From Clostridium sp. CAG:448 (lineage in GTDB: Bacteria > Bacillota > Clostridia > Oscillospirales > CAG-272): a stretch of 38,749 nt of DNA. The stretch spans positions 26,183 through 64,931 of the forward strand of contig FR890536.1 of the NCBI GenBank assembly GCA_000433415.1, in the 5' to 3' direction. The notes beneath the pieces were generated by a model. It ran no database searches, was not told the DNA's origin, and worked only from the letters and a program-made list of their open reading frames with translations. The position numbers and the translations under genes were made by a program. Below, piece by piece: positions 15,625-23,555 of this stretch (its first letter is position 1; each line of letters begins with the position of its first letter).

Positions 15625-16893
15625 TCAGCGGCGTTTTCTCGCCTTTTTGGGCTCTTCCCGGTTGAAAATTTCCAGAATGTTTTTCGCTACTTCTTCCGGG
15701 GTACCGTTGCCGTCGATATGCTCGTCCGCACAGAACAGGTATCCGTGAATGCGCGACTCAAAAAGCCTATACAGTTCTTTTTGTGCGAAAGACATGGAAG
15801 CGGCATTCGTCTGCGATAGCAGATCCGGCGTGCGGTCGACAAAGAAAAGCGTACCGTTCATGGAAAGATAGCGAATGTTTTCCGGGCAGGAGGTCAATCC
15901 GTTTCCGGTGATAATAATCGCATGGGTGGTACCCGCAATTTCCCGGATGATTTCGCTTTCCATTGCGTACAGGCACGCTTCGCCGTCACTTTGCAGGATT
16001 TCGTCGACATTGCGTCCGGATTTTTGCTCTAACATTTGCGTGGTGTCAATCACCTGACGTCCCAAACGTTCCGAAAGGACTTTCGCGACTTCATCCCGGC
16101 GACTGTGCGGCAGACCGATCAGGACAATGTTGCTGTCCAGGTTGCAGAGCGCCCGGAAAGAATTACGGAGACGTTCTTGTGTGAACCGATTGCCGAGCAA
16201 CAGGGAGGCGGAGGTGCCCGCCTGCGCGGCAAACAGACGCATGCCGCCACAAGCCGGGATATCGGCTGCCTCGGCGTCCAGAATCAGGTTCGTGCGCAAA
16301 GGATTGAAAATGGTATCCACTACACCGTCTAGGTGCGGAAAATCGGCAATATTGATGGGGCGACCGGAAATATCCGGATGCGTGCCGACAGGGGTTGTGT
16401 TGATAAACACCTGCGCATCGGCATGCTTGCATCGTGCCTCGTCGTAGGAAACGCATCCGTCATTCGGGTGCCGGCTGATAAATATCACCTCTGCCGCAGA
16501 CAACTGCTTTGCCATAAACGCGGCGGCACGTGCCATCGTGCCGGTTCCTGCAATCAGGACTTTTTTTTCGGTCACTTGGATACCGAATTTTTTGAAAACT
16601 GCCCGAAATCCGTCAATATTGGTGTTATAACCCTTCAGAATCCCGTTTTTATTAAGAACGGTGTTGACGGCGCCCACTGCGGCAGCGGAGGAATCGACCT
16701 CGTCCAGAAAAGGAAGCACCGCATCTTTGTACGGGTAAGCGACATTGATTCCGGAAAAATTGCGCTCTTCAAAAAAATCCGCCAACTGTTCCGGTGTCAG
16801 AATGCAAAGCTCATACGAGGGCAAGCCCAATGTATGCATCAGATCGGGGTAAAAGACATTGGTCCGTTGCCCTGCTATGTAACCGTACTTCAT
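15625..16893 (-). CDS. shikimate dehydrogenase-like / shikimate kinase-like fusion protein (motifs partly degenerate)
   Basis: N-terminal AroE-like features: NVAYPYK, GAVNTV, GYNTNIDGF, Rossmann IAGTGTMARAAA. C-terminal about 160 aa is shikimate-kinase-like (NIVLIGLPHSRRDEVAKVLSERLGRQVIDTT...IITGNG). GGAGG SD before the ATG at 16893. Confidence 0.75.
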   Translation of the reverse strand: MKYGYIAGQRTNVFYPDLMHTLGLPSYELCILTPEQLADFFEERNFSGINVAYPYKDAVLPFLDEVDSSAAAVGAVNTVLNKNGILKGYNTNIDGFRAVFKKFGIQVTEKKVLIAGTGTMARAAAFMAKQLSAAEVIFISRHPNDGCVSYDEARCKHADAQVFINTTPVGTHPDISGRPINIADFPHLDGVVDTIFNPLRTNLILDAEAADIPACGGMRLFAAQAGTSASLLLGNRFTQERLRNSFRALCNLDSNIVLIGLPHSRRDEVAKVLSERLGRQVIDTTQMLEQKSGRNVDEILQSDGEACLYAMESEIIREIAGTTHAIIITGNGLTSCPENIRYLSMNGTLFFVDRTPDLLSQTNAASMSFAQKELYRLFESRIHGYLFCADEHIDGNGTPEEVAKNILEIFNREEPKKARKRR

Positions 16894-16999
16894 AGACGAA
16901 AAATACCTCCGAATACAGAGTCAATCAGGTGTTGCGTGGAAGTGCGAAAAAGCCGTTCCGACAGACGCGACACGCACAGAATTGTATGTTTATGCGATT

Positions 17000-17028
17000 A
17001 TTATAGCATAAGAATGCCTTTACGTCAA
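17000..17028 (-). promoter_or_regulatory. sigma-A type promoter for the aroE-like gene
   Basis: Reverse strand reads TTGACG (17028-17023), 17 nt, TATAAT (17005-17000). Confidence 0.55.
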
Positions 17029-17057
17029 TATATTTTACGGGGAATCCGAAAAAATAC

Positions 17058-17086
17058 TTGACAAGTCGGGAAAGGTGTGATAAAAT
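17058..17086 (+). promoter_or_regulatory. sigma-A type promoter for the riboswitch-mntP transcript
   Basis: TTGACA (17058-17063), 17 nt, TAAAAT (17081-17086). Confidence 0.6.
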
Positions 17087-17091
17087 TGTAG

Positions 17092-17185
17092 ACACTTGAG
17101 GGAGTAGTCAGCGCATGGCGTGGCAAGTCAACATACTGGTCGGATCGGATCCGCCTGACTTGCCTTAATCGATGAGACTCATGTA
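17092..17185 (+). ncRNA. yybP-ykoY (Mn2+) riboswitch aptamer
   Basis: Conserved 5' GGGAGUAG (17100-17107). GGCAAGUCAACAUAC resembles the conserved GUUGACAUA segment. GGCAAGTCA/TGACTTGCC form a 9-bp helix. The closing helix is ACTTGAG/CTCATGT. The element sits directly upstream of mntP, the classical regulated gene. Confidence 0.75.
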
Positions 17186-17285
17186 CAGAACGAAAAAAGG
17201 GTACTGTACACGGGGATTCGGTGCCTGTGCGGATTGCGCCTTTTTGTTTGTATCTGTCCATTCTTTGGTATTGCGGAGGCATTTC

Positions 17286-17864
17286 ATGCGTATTTGGGAA
17301 GTCCTTTTGATTGCGGTTGTTCTGTCGTTGGACGCTTTTTCCGTTTCGGTCTGCAAGAGCCTGGCAATGGATCGGGTTACGGTTGGGAAAATGTGTATTG
17401 TCGGGGCATGGTTCGGCGTTTTTCAGGCGTTGATGCCGACAATCGGTTATTTTATCGGCGCGGTTTTTGAGTCCTATGTGGAGGCGGTTTCCGGTATCAT
17501 TGCGTTTATCCTGCTGGCATTGATCGGAATCAATATGATTCGTGAGGCGATTTCCGCGGAAGGGGGAAAATGTGTCAGCGGTGATCTCGGATTCGGCGTT
17601 ATGCTGATGATGGCGGTTGCTACGAGCATTGATGCACTGGCAGTCGGCGTTACCTTTGCCATGGAGGGTGTGAAGATGCCGCAGATTTTCTTCTATGTCG
17701 GTATCATCGGGGTGACGACCTTTCTGATTTCCGCTTGCGGAGTCCGGATCGGGTCCGCGTTTGGTGCCAGGCACCGGCAACGTGCGGAATTGTGCGGCGG
17801 CATTATTCTGATTTTTTTGGGCGTCAAGAATTTAGTGCAGAATCTCATTGTACTGCTCGGATAA
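17286..17864 (+). CDS. mntP: manganese efflux pump MntP
   Basis: Start trimmed to ATG 17286 (GGAGG 8 nt upstream). Two DUF204-type repeats, LSLDAFSVSV and ATSIDALAVGV. Six hydrophobic spans. Confidence 0.9.
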   Translation: MRIWEVLLIAVVLSLDAFSVSVCKSLAMDRVTVGKMCIVGAWFGVFQALMPTIGYFIGAVFESYVEAVSGIIAFILLALIGINMIREAISAEGGKCVSGDLGFGVMLMMAVATSIDALAVGVTFAMEGVKMPQIFFYVGIIGVTTFLISACGVRIGSAFGARHRQRAELCGGIILIFLGVKNLVQNLIVLLG

Positions 17865-17874
17865 TTCCCGATTT

Positions 17875-17902
17875 CCCCGGTATTTTTGCCGGGGCTTTTT
17901 GT
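17875..17902 (+). terminator. intrinsic terminator after mntP
   Basis: CCCCGG (17875-17880) pairs with CCGGGG (17889-17894), followed by CTTTTTGTT. Confidence 0.65.
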
Positions 17903-17919
17903 TCCCACCGTGCCGCTAC

Positions 17920-17949
17920 TTGACAGGGGGAGCGTGACTGTGTTATAAT
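17920..17949 (+). promoter_or_regulatory. sigma-A type promoter for the dusB operon
   Basis: TTGACA (17920-17925), 18 nt, TATAAT (17944-17949), with an extended -10 TG at 17941-17942. Confidence 0.6.
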
Positions 17950-17979
17950 CACCGTAAAGAATGCAAAAGGAGATTCAAC

Positions 17980-19026
17980 ATGGTGCGTTTCGGAAATATC
18001 GTGTGTGAAAACGGGCTGATGCTGGCACCGATGGCGGGGGTCAGCGACCGGGCATTCCGTGCGGTTTGCAAAGATGCCGGAGCGGAATATACGGTCAGTG
18101 AGATGGTGTCCGCAAAGGCGCTGTGCTACGAACAGCTTGCGCGTGCCGGCGCACCCGCGAAAACGGCGGCGCTGACCGATGTGACCGCCGGGGAAAAGCC
18201 GATTGCGGTGCAACTGTTCGGCAGTGAACCGGAATTTCTTGCACGGGCTGCGGCGTTGATCGGAGAGGGAACCTACCGCGGCAGAGCGGGGAGCGGTCTT
18301 GCAGACGCGATTGACATCAATATGGGATGCCCTGTTCATAAGGTGGTTTCCAACGGCGAAGGAAGCGCCCTGATGAAGGACCCTGCCGCAGCGGCGGCAA
18401 TTGTCCGCGCGGTCTGTGCGGCAACTTCATTGCCGGTTACGGTCAAAATCCGTGCCGGTTGGGACAGGGCACATATCAATGCGCCGCAAATGGCAAAATA
18501 TCTGGAGGATGCAGGCGCATCCATGATCTGTGTGCATGCGCGCACCCGTGAGCAGATGTACGAGCCGGGGATCGATCTTTCCGTGATTGCCCGTGTCAAG
18601 GAAGCGGTGCGGATTCCGGTCGTGGGGAACGGCGATATCCGTACCGGTGCGGATGCTCTGAAAATGTTCCGGGAAACCGGGTGCGACGGCGTGATGATCG
18701 GCAGGGGGGCACTGGGGAATCCGTGGATTTTTACGGAAATCGCCGCCGCATGCAAGGGTGTGCCGTATACGCCGCCGTCTATGCGGGAGAAGATGCAGGT
18801 GGCGCTGCGGCAGGTGCGTGCTATGGTGGCGCAGAAGGGGGAACATACCGGTGTGGCGGAAGGCAGAAAACACCTGGCGTGGTACATCCGGGATCTGCCC
18901 GGCGCGGCGGCGCTTCGGAACCGTGTGATGCGCGCGGAGGATCTGGCAACGTTTGAAACAATCATTGCGGAAGTTTCGCAGTCTTTCGCTGACGTAACGG
19001 AGCGGGAAAATGAGGTGCGGCAATGA
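17980..19026 (+). CDS. dusB: tRNA-dihydrouridine synthase
   Basis: LAPMAGVSDRAFR, IDINMGCPVHKV, VTVKIRAGWD, HARTREQ, GNGDI, MIGRGALGNPWIF. Confidence 0.9.
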   Translation: MVRFGNIVCENGLMLAPMAGVSDRAFRAVCKDAGAEYTVSEMVSAKALCYEQLARAGAPAKTAALTDVTAGEKPIAVQLFGSEPEFLARAAALIGEGTYRGRAGSGLADAIDINMGCPVHKVVSNGEGSALMKDPAAAAAIVRAVCAATSLPVTVKIRAGWDRAHINAPQMAKYLEDAGASMICVHARTREQMYEPGIDLSVIARVKEAVRIPVVGNGDIRTGADALKMFRETGCDGVMIGRGALGNPWIFTEIAAACKGVPYTPPSMREKMQVALRQVRAMVAQKGEHTGVAEGRKHLAWYIRDLPGAAALRNRVMRAEDLATFETIIAEVSQSFADVTERENEVRQ

Positions 19027-19625
19027 TGCCGGGAGAAGAACGGCTTTTGCTGTTTTCCCGTGCACGGTCAGGGGAAGAAGAGGCATTTGCGGAAATCGTC
19101 ACTGCCTATGAGAATTTTGTCTATCGGATTGCGATCGGCATAACAGGGCAAAAAGAGGATGCCGAGGATGTGACGCAGGAGACTTTTCTGCGCCTGTGGC
19201 AGATCCTGGATGAATTCGTATGGATCGACCAGCCGGACGCCTATATTGCGCGGATGGCAAAAAATGCTGCCATTGATCTGGTGCGCCGGCGGAATCGCCG
19301 CCAGACGCAGCCGTTTGTCGGAGAGGATGGGGAAGCGGATGCTTTTGCATGGGATTTGCCTGACGACGATCCGGATAATGCGCCGGATGCGGCGGTTCTC
19401 TCCGGAGAACGCCAACGCGAACTGGAGAATGCCATTGCGCAACTGAAAAAGCCGCACCGTGAAATTCTTCGGATGCGGGTGGATGTGGGCATGGATTATG
19501 CGGAAATTGCCAAGCGGTTGGAAATCTCTGAAGGAACCGTGCGCAGCCGTCTGGCGCGTGCGAGAACCGCATTGAAAAAAATACTCAGAAAAGGGAACTT
19601 CTTCCCGGACAATACGTCTGAATAA
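19023..19625 (+). CDS. ECF-type RNA polymerase sigma-70 family factor
   Basis: The start overlaps the dusB stop (ATGA). Region 2 AEDVTQETFLRLW. Region 4 EILRMRVDVGMDYAEIAKRLEISEGTVRSRLARAR. Confidence 0.85.
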   Translation: MMPGEERLLLFSRARSGEEEAFAEIVTAYENFVYRIAIGITGQKEDAEDVTQETFLRLWQILDEFVWIDQPDAYIARMAKNAAIDLVRRRNRRQTQPFVGEDGEADAFAWDLPDDDPDNAPDAAVLSGERQRELENAIAQLKKPHREILRMRVDVGMDYAEIAKRLEISEGTVRSRLARARTALKKILRKGNFFPDNTSE

Positions 19626-19644
19626 GCAGAAGGAGGTGTTTTGT

Positions 19645-20178
19645 ATGGAGGAACCGATGAATGAGAAGAGTGGTCTGAACCGGGAGGATGCCCGGGACTG
19701 CATGGTTTCCCCGCAGTTGCACCGGGCCCTGCTTGTGCAGGCGAGAGCGGCGGCGGAACGGCGACAGGCGGAATTGCAGGCGGAGCATACCCGCAAGGTG
19801 CGCACCTGTGCACGCCTGACACGCTACTGTGCCGTGGCTGCGGTGATGCTTTTCTTCCTTTGCGGACTGGGTGTGACACAGATGATGCTGCATCGTTCGC
19901 ATGTCAATGTAAAGGAGCCTGCTCCGGGCGAATGCGTTACGTTCCGTGCGTCCGATGCGATGGCATATCCGGAGGGTGCGAACGGCGCGGGGGAGATGGC
20001 AGACGGGGCGCTTTACGGCAACGGATGGTCGGGTGACTTTGCACTCCACGAAAAGGCAGACGTCGAGGCGGCGGATAAGGACGCTGTGTGGGTGATCTGG
20101 ATTGCAGTGACGGGGAGCGTCTGCCTGGTCGTGACGGCAGTTGCCATCGGGGGGATTTTATGGAAGCGCAGATTGTGA
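19645..20178 (+). CDS. two-TM membrane protein, putative cognate anti-sigma factor
   Basis: AGGAGG 8 nt before ATG 19645. Cytoplasmic N-terminus, TM YCAVAAVMLFFLCGLGV, an extracytoplasmic stretch of about 70 aa, and a C-terminal TM VWVIWIAVTGSVCLVVTAVAIGGILW. The anti-sigma role is inferred from position only; there is no zf-HC2 motif. Confidence 0.55.
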   Translation: MEEPMNEKSGLNREDARDCMVSPQLHRALLVQARAAAERRQAELQAEHTRKVRTCARLTRYCAVAAVMLFFLCGLGVTQMMLHRSHVNVKEPAPGECVTFRASDAMAYPEGANGAGEMADGALYGNGWSGDFALHEKADVEAADKDAVWVIWIAVTGSVCLVVTAVAIGGILWKRRL

Positions 20179-20759
20179 TTCGTTCCCGTGAGATCCCGTT
20201 TGCAAAGATGCTTAAGACAGAGTTGTGTGCCGCGGGATTTTGTGCGGTGTTGGACGGGGAGAAACATGCGGTGCCGGATATCCTGCTGTTGGATGTGGAT
20301 ACCTGCCGCCCGCAGGGGATTCCGAAGGGATGTGCGGTGATCGCGTATTCCGCGCAGAAAAGGCGTATCCCGAAGAACTGTCGGTTCCTGCTTTGCCGCC
20401 CGTTTCTGTTGGAAACGTTGTTTGCCATGGTGCGGCAGGTTCAGGTGGACCGTGTGCCGGAATCGGCAGGTGTGGCCGCGCAACAGATTCGGTCCGGACC
20501 GATCCCGTGTGCGGACGGTCGCTCCTGTCTTGTGGGTCAGACCCGTGTTGTGCTGACCGAACGGGAGTATATGGTGCTTTCCTGTTTGTACCGCGCAAAC
20601 GGTGCGTATGTCACGCGGGAGCAGATTACGGCGCTGTTCCCACGGCAGGCGGACAACCTTTGTGAAGTGTATATCAGTCGTTTGCGTGCAAAGCTTTGGA
20701 AAGAGGCGGGAATACAGCCCATTCATACCGAACGCGGGCTGGGGTACCGGATGGACTGA
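20160..20759 (+). CDS. OmpR/PhoB-type winged-helix regulator with atypical (pseudo-)receiver domain
   Basis: Start trimmed to ATG 20160, overlapping the upstream gene by 19 nt. C-terminal LTEREYMVLSCL...VTREQI...VYISRLRAKL...IHTERGLGYRM matches the Trans_reg_C pattern. In the N-terminus IVIRSRE replaces the acidic DD/DE pocket and RPF replaces KPF. Confidence 0.75.
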   Translation: MEAQIVIRSREIPFAKMLKTELCAAGFCAVLDGEKHAVPDILLLDVDTCRPQGIPKGCAVIAYSAQKRRIPKNCRFLLCRPFLLETLFAMVRQVQVDRVPESAGVAAQQIRSGPIPCADGRSCLVGQTRVVLTEREYMVLSCLYRANGAYVTREQITALFPRQADNLCEVYISRLRAKLWKEAGIQPIHTERGLGYRMD

Positions 20760-20786
20760 TCAATAAACGCTGTCGTCTTTTGTATC

Positions 20787-20845
20787 AAAAAGGCTGTTGC
20801 CCGTAGGTGTATAACCTATTTGCAACAGCCTTTTTGCATTTTTTG
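20787..20845. terminator. bidirectional intrinsic terminator
   Basis: AAAAAGGCTGTTGC (20787-20800) pairs with GCAACAGCCTTTTT (20822-20835), then GCATTTTTTG. Sits between convergent genes. Confidence 0.85.
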
Positions 20846-20857
20846 TGTGATGGTGCC

Positions 20858-21622
20858 TTATTCAACAGATGCAGGGGATTGCTTTTTGGTTTCCTCCATC
20901 AGTCGGTTGATGTCCTCGCAGAGGGTGTCTGCGTCCACATCGTTACGTACCGGATAAGAACGCGAGGAATTGTCGTTCAGGCAAAGAACCAACCGACAGT
21001 CGCGTGCATGGACGGTGTTGCCGCTCCGCGTGAGCGTGACCGGAATTTCCTCCTTGACCAGACTGACCGTTTGCAGATCCGCATAACGGATGCGTTCATT
21101 GTGATCCGCAAAGCCGGTGCCGGTGTTCGGATCCATTTCGGACAGACTGATCTCCCTTGAACAGATCAGCAGAGAGTCTTTTGTAAAAAAGAAGTGAGAA
21201 CGGACAAACAGATCGGACACAACGCCCGCCTCCCGTACCCGTTTGAAATAGTGTGCCGTTTCGTCAAAGCGGTAGCCGTCACTGATGCGGTCGGACGGCT
21301 GTTTCAGTACGGTCCGCTCGTAATTTTTTATGTCGGTTACGGACCTGTCAAAGTCACGCAGCAAATCCTCCTTCAATTCCTCTATTTCGTTTGTGCCGAT
21401 GTGTCTTGCGGCATCAAAGAAGAAGAGAAACATGCCGACCGGAATCAGAATGCCGGGACCGTAATAGGATGCAACGGAGTATCCGAGCCAGAACCAGAGA
21501 CCGCCGCCGATTGCCAGGGCGCCTCCGACCGGTTTCATCCAATCCTGTTGTTTGTAGTAGCGGCTCAGGTCTTTTTTCTTTTTGTTTCGATTTTCGCTCA
21601 ATGGTGTGTTCTCCTTTGTCAT
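20858..21622 (-). CDS. membrane protein (two TM helices) with a cytoplasmic domain of about 170 aa, unknown function
   Basis: 254-aa ORF. Basic N-terminus, then TM PVGGALAIGGGLWFWLGYSVASYY and GILIPVGMFLFFF. Consensus promoter upstream. No clear SD at ATG 21622, so the alternative start at Met29 cannot be excluded. Confidence 0.65.
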   Translation of the reverse strand: MTKENTPLSENRNKKKKDLSRYYKQQDWMKPVGGALAIGGGLWFWLGYSVASYYGPGILIPVGMFLFFFDAARHIGTNEIEELKEDLLRDFDRSVTDIKNYERTVLKQPSDRISDGYRFDETAHYFKRVREAGVVSDLFVRSHFFFTKDSLLICSREISLSEMDPNTGTGFADHNERIRYADLQTVSLVKEEIPVTLTRSGNTVHARDCRLVLCLNDNSSRSYPVRNDVDADTLCEDINRLMEETKKQSPASVE

Positions 21623-21690
21623 TTATTTGCGGCGTCACTGTGCAGTTGCACCATCTGAATGGCGCAGCGACGCCTTTGGTCTGTGCTATC

Positions 21691-21719
21691 ATTATACATT
21701 CGCGAAACAGAGGTGTCAA
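21691..21719 (-). promoter_or_regulatory. sigma-A type promoter for the 21622..20858 gene
   Basis: Reverse strand reads TTGACA (21719-21714), 17 nt, TATAAT (21696-21691). Confidence 0.65.
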
Positions 21720-21949
21720 GAAACCGTTAGTTGAAATCCGGTCTATGTACAGTTGCGGACAGCACTTCACTTATATAGTTGCAAAAAACGGGAAAAGGTT
21801 GGGTAACAAAACAAAAAAGCAAATGATTTTTTTCGTTATAACGGGATCAGGGCAAAAAATGCGGACTGCTTTACCGACTCCCGTCTTTTTGCCCTGCGGA
21901 CAGCTGTTTTTTGTGCGGATTTTTGTCAGAATATCTGTACGCGATCCTC

Positions 21950-21977
21950 TTGTATTTTCAATGAAAAAGTGTATAAT
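21950..21977 (+). promoter_or_regulatory. sigma-A type promoter for the MATE transporter gene
   Basis: TTGTAT (21950-21955), 16 nt, TATAAT (21972-21977). A second TATAAT at 21980-21985 is out of register. Confidence 0.5.
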
Positions 21978-22014
21978 TGTATAATAATGGCATATTCCGA
22001 AGGGAGGGATTTCT

Positions 22015-23505
22015 TTGAAAAAGAAACTGTCCGGACCGATTGATCTGACGGTGGGAAAGCCGTGGAGGGTAATTCTGCGGTACGCCGCACCGATTATGTT
22101 TTCGTATTTTTTACAGCAGATTTACGTATTGACCGATGCCATTATCTGCGGGCAGGTGCTGACAGCCGGTCAGGTCGCGGGCGTCAACGACACCTTTCCG
22201 CTGACCTTTATCTTTCTGCAGTTTGCCTTTGGCTGTACGGCGGGATTCAGTGTCCTGACCGGCAGTTGCGTCGGAAGCGGGGACAAGAAGGGAACGCGCC
22301 GTTCGTTTGTCGTTCAGATATATCTGTCGCTTGCCATTTCCGCTGTTTTGACGGTTGCCGCGCTCTTGCTGTTGCCGACCATGCTTTCCTGGATTCATCT
22401 GACGCCGGATCACCGCGAGGTGTACGATGCGGCATACACCTATTGTTTTGTGATCTTCCTTGGAATTATCGCGCAGATGGGGTACAATTTTGTCTGCGGC
22501 GTACTGCGGGCGCTGGGAGATTCGGTGTCTCCGCTCCTGTTTCTTGTGTTTTCCACACTGTTGAATGTCGGGCTGGATATTTTGTTTCTGGTTCCGTTTG
22601 ATTGGGGACCGATGGGAGCAGCGGTGGCAACCATACTGGCACAGATGATCAGCGTGGTTGTTTCCTTTGTTTACACGCTCTGCCGCTATCCGGACCTGCG
22701 CCTGCACCGCGAGGATTTTTGCGTCGGGTGGAGGAGTGTTTTGGCGCACCTGCGTCAGGGCGTGCCGTTGGGACTGCAATTTTCCATTCTTGCTGTCGGA
22801 ATCATCGTGATGCAGGGTGCAATGGTGCAATTTGATCTGACTGCTGACGGATCGATGGTAGCCGGTACACCGGCGCAGAACGGATTCGGTGCGGCAAACA
22901 AGCTGATCAATTTCCTGATGGCATTTTTCAACGGGCTCGGTTCGGCAATTCTCGGATTCAATGCCCAAAATTACGGTGCCGGCGAATACCGGCGTATCCG
23001 CAAGGGAACCGTGCAGACGCTTCTTTTGATGCTGGGAATCTCCGTTGCCTGTTCCCTGACAGGATTTCTGCTTTCCATCAACGGTTCTTACCAGTATATT
23101 TTTCTGAGCGCGGACAAGGTTTCGGAGGCTACCGTTCGGTTTGGCAATACCTTCCTCTATGTTGACATCGCGCTTTATGCCATCCTTGGTTTTCTGATTG
23201 TCACACGGAGCGCGGTGCAGGGCATCTGCCGTTCCGGTTATGTTCTGGGCGCCGGAATTGCAGAACTGTTTGCACGGATTCTGATCTGCTCCTTTTTGCC
23301 TGCCGCAATCAACGGGGCGCCGATTGATGCATCGGCATCCACACTTGCCTTTGCTGCGATGTGTTTCGGCGATCCAGGCGCGTGGATCGCGGCGTCTGTG
23401 CTGCTCCTGATTCCGTTGACCCGGAATATCATTCGTATGCACTATCCGGAATTGGCAGACCGGGGGGATTTTGCGGGTAAAGCCCTTGACAAACAGGAAC
23501 AATGA
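22015..23505 (+). CDS. MATE family efflux transporter
   Basis: TTG start with GGGAGGGA SD. About 12 hydrophobic spans. The N-terminus (GKPWRVILRYAAPIMFSYFLQQIYVLTDAIICGQ) and the internal repeat with LRQGVPLGLQF are typical of MATE/DinF-type proteins. Confidence 0.85.
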   Translation: MKKKLSGPIDLTVGKPWRVILRYAAPIMFSYFLQQIYVLTDAIICGQVLTAGQVAGVNDTFPLTFIFLQFAFGCTAGFSVLTGSCVGSGDKKGTRRSFVVQIYLSLAISAVLTVAALLLLPTMLSWIHLTPDHREVYDAAYTYCFVIFLGIIAQMGYNFVCGVLRALGDSVSPLLFLVFSTLLNVGLDILFLVPFDWGPMGAAVATILAQMISVVVSFVYTLCRYPDLRLHREDFCVGWRSVLAHLRQGVPLGLQFSILAVGIIVMQGAMVQFDLTADGSMVAGTPAQNGFGAANKLINFLMAFFNGLGSAILGFNAQNYGAGEYRRIRKGTVQTLLLMLGISVACSLTGFLLSINGSYQYIFLSADKVSEATVRFGNTFLYVDIALYAILGFLIVTRSAVQGICRSGYVLGAGIAELFARILICSFLPAAINGAPIDASASTLAFAAMCFGDPGAWIAASVLLLIPLTRNIIRMHYPELADRGDFAGKALDKQEQ

Positions 23506-23514
23506 GCGTATAAT
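23486..23514 (+). promoter_or_regulatory. sigma-A consensus promoter for proS, overlapping the 3' end of the MATE gene
   Basis: TTGACA (23486-23491), 17 nt, TATAAT (23509-23514). Confidence 0.65.
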
Positions 23515-23555
23515 GTATCCAATATGTGTCCGACAATGAAAGGAATAAAAAAGTT

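Noticed and set aside
21391-21984. 197-aa plus-strand ORF spanning the 5' end of the 21622 gene and the long intergenic region
   Set aside because: Its first half is antisense to a real gene. The remainder has no SD and poor, Phe/Arg/Cys-rich composition, and it overlaps two promoters.
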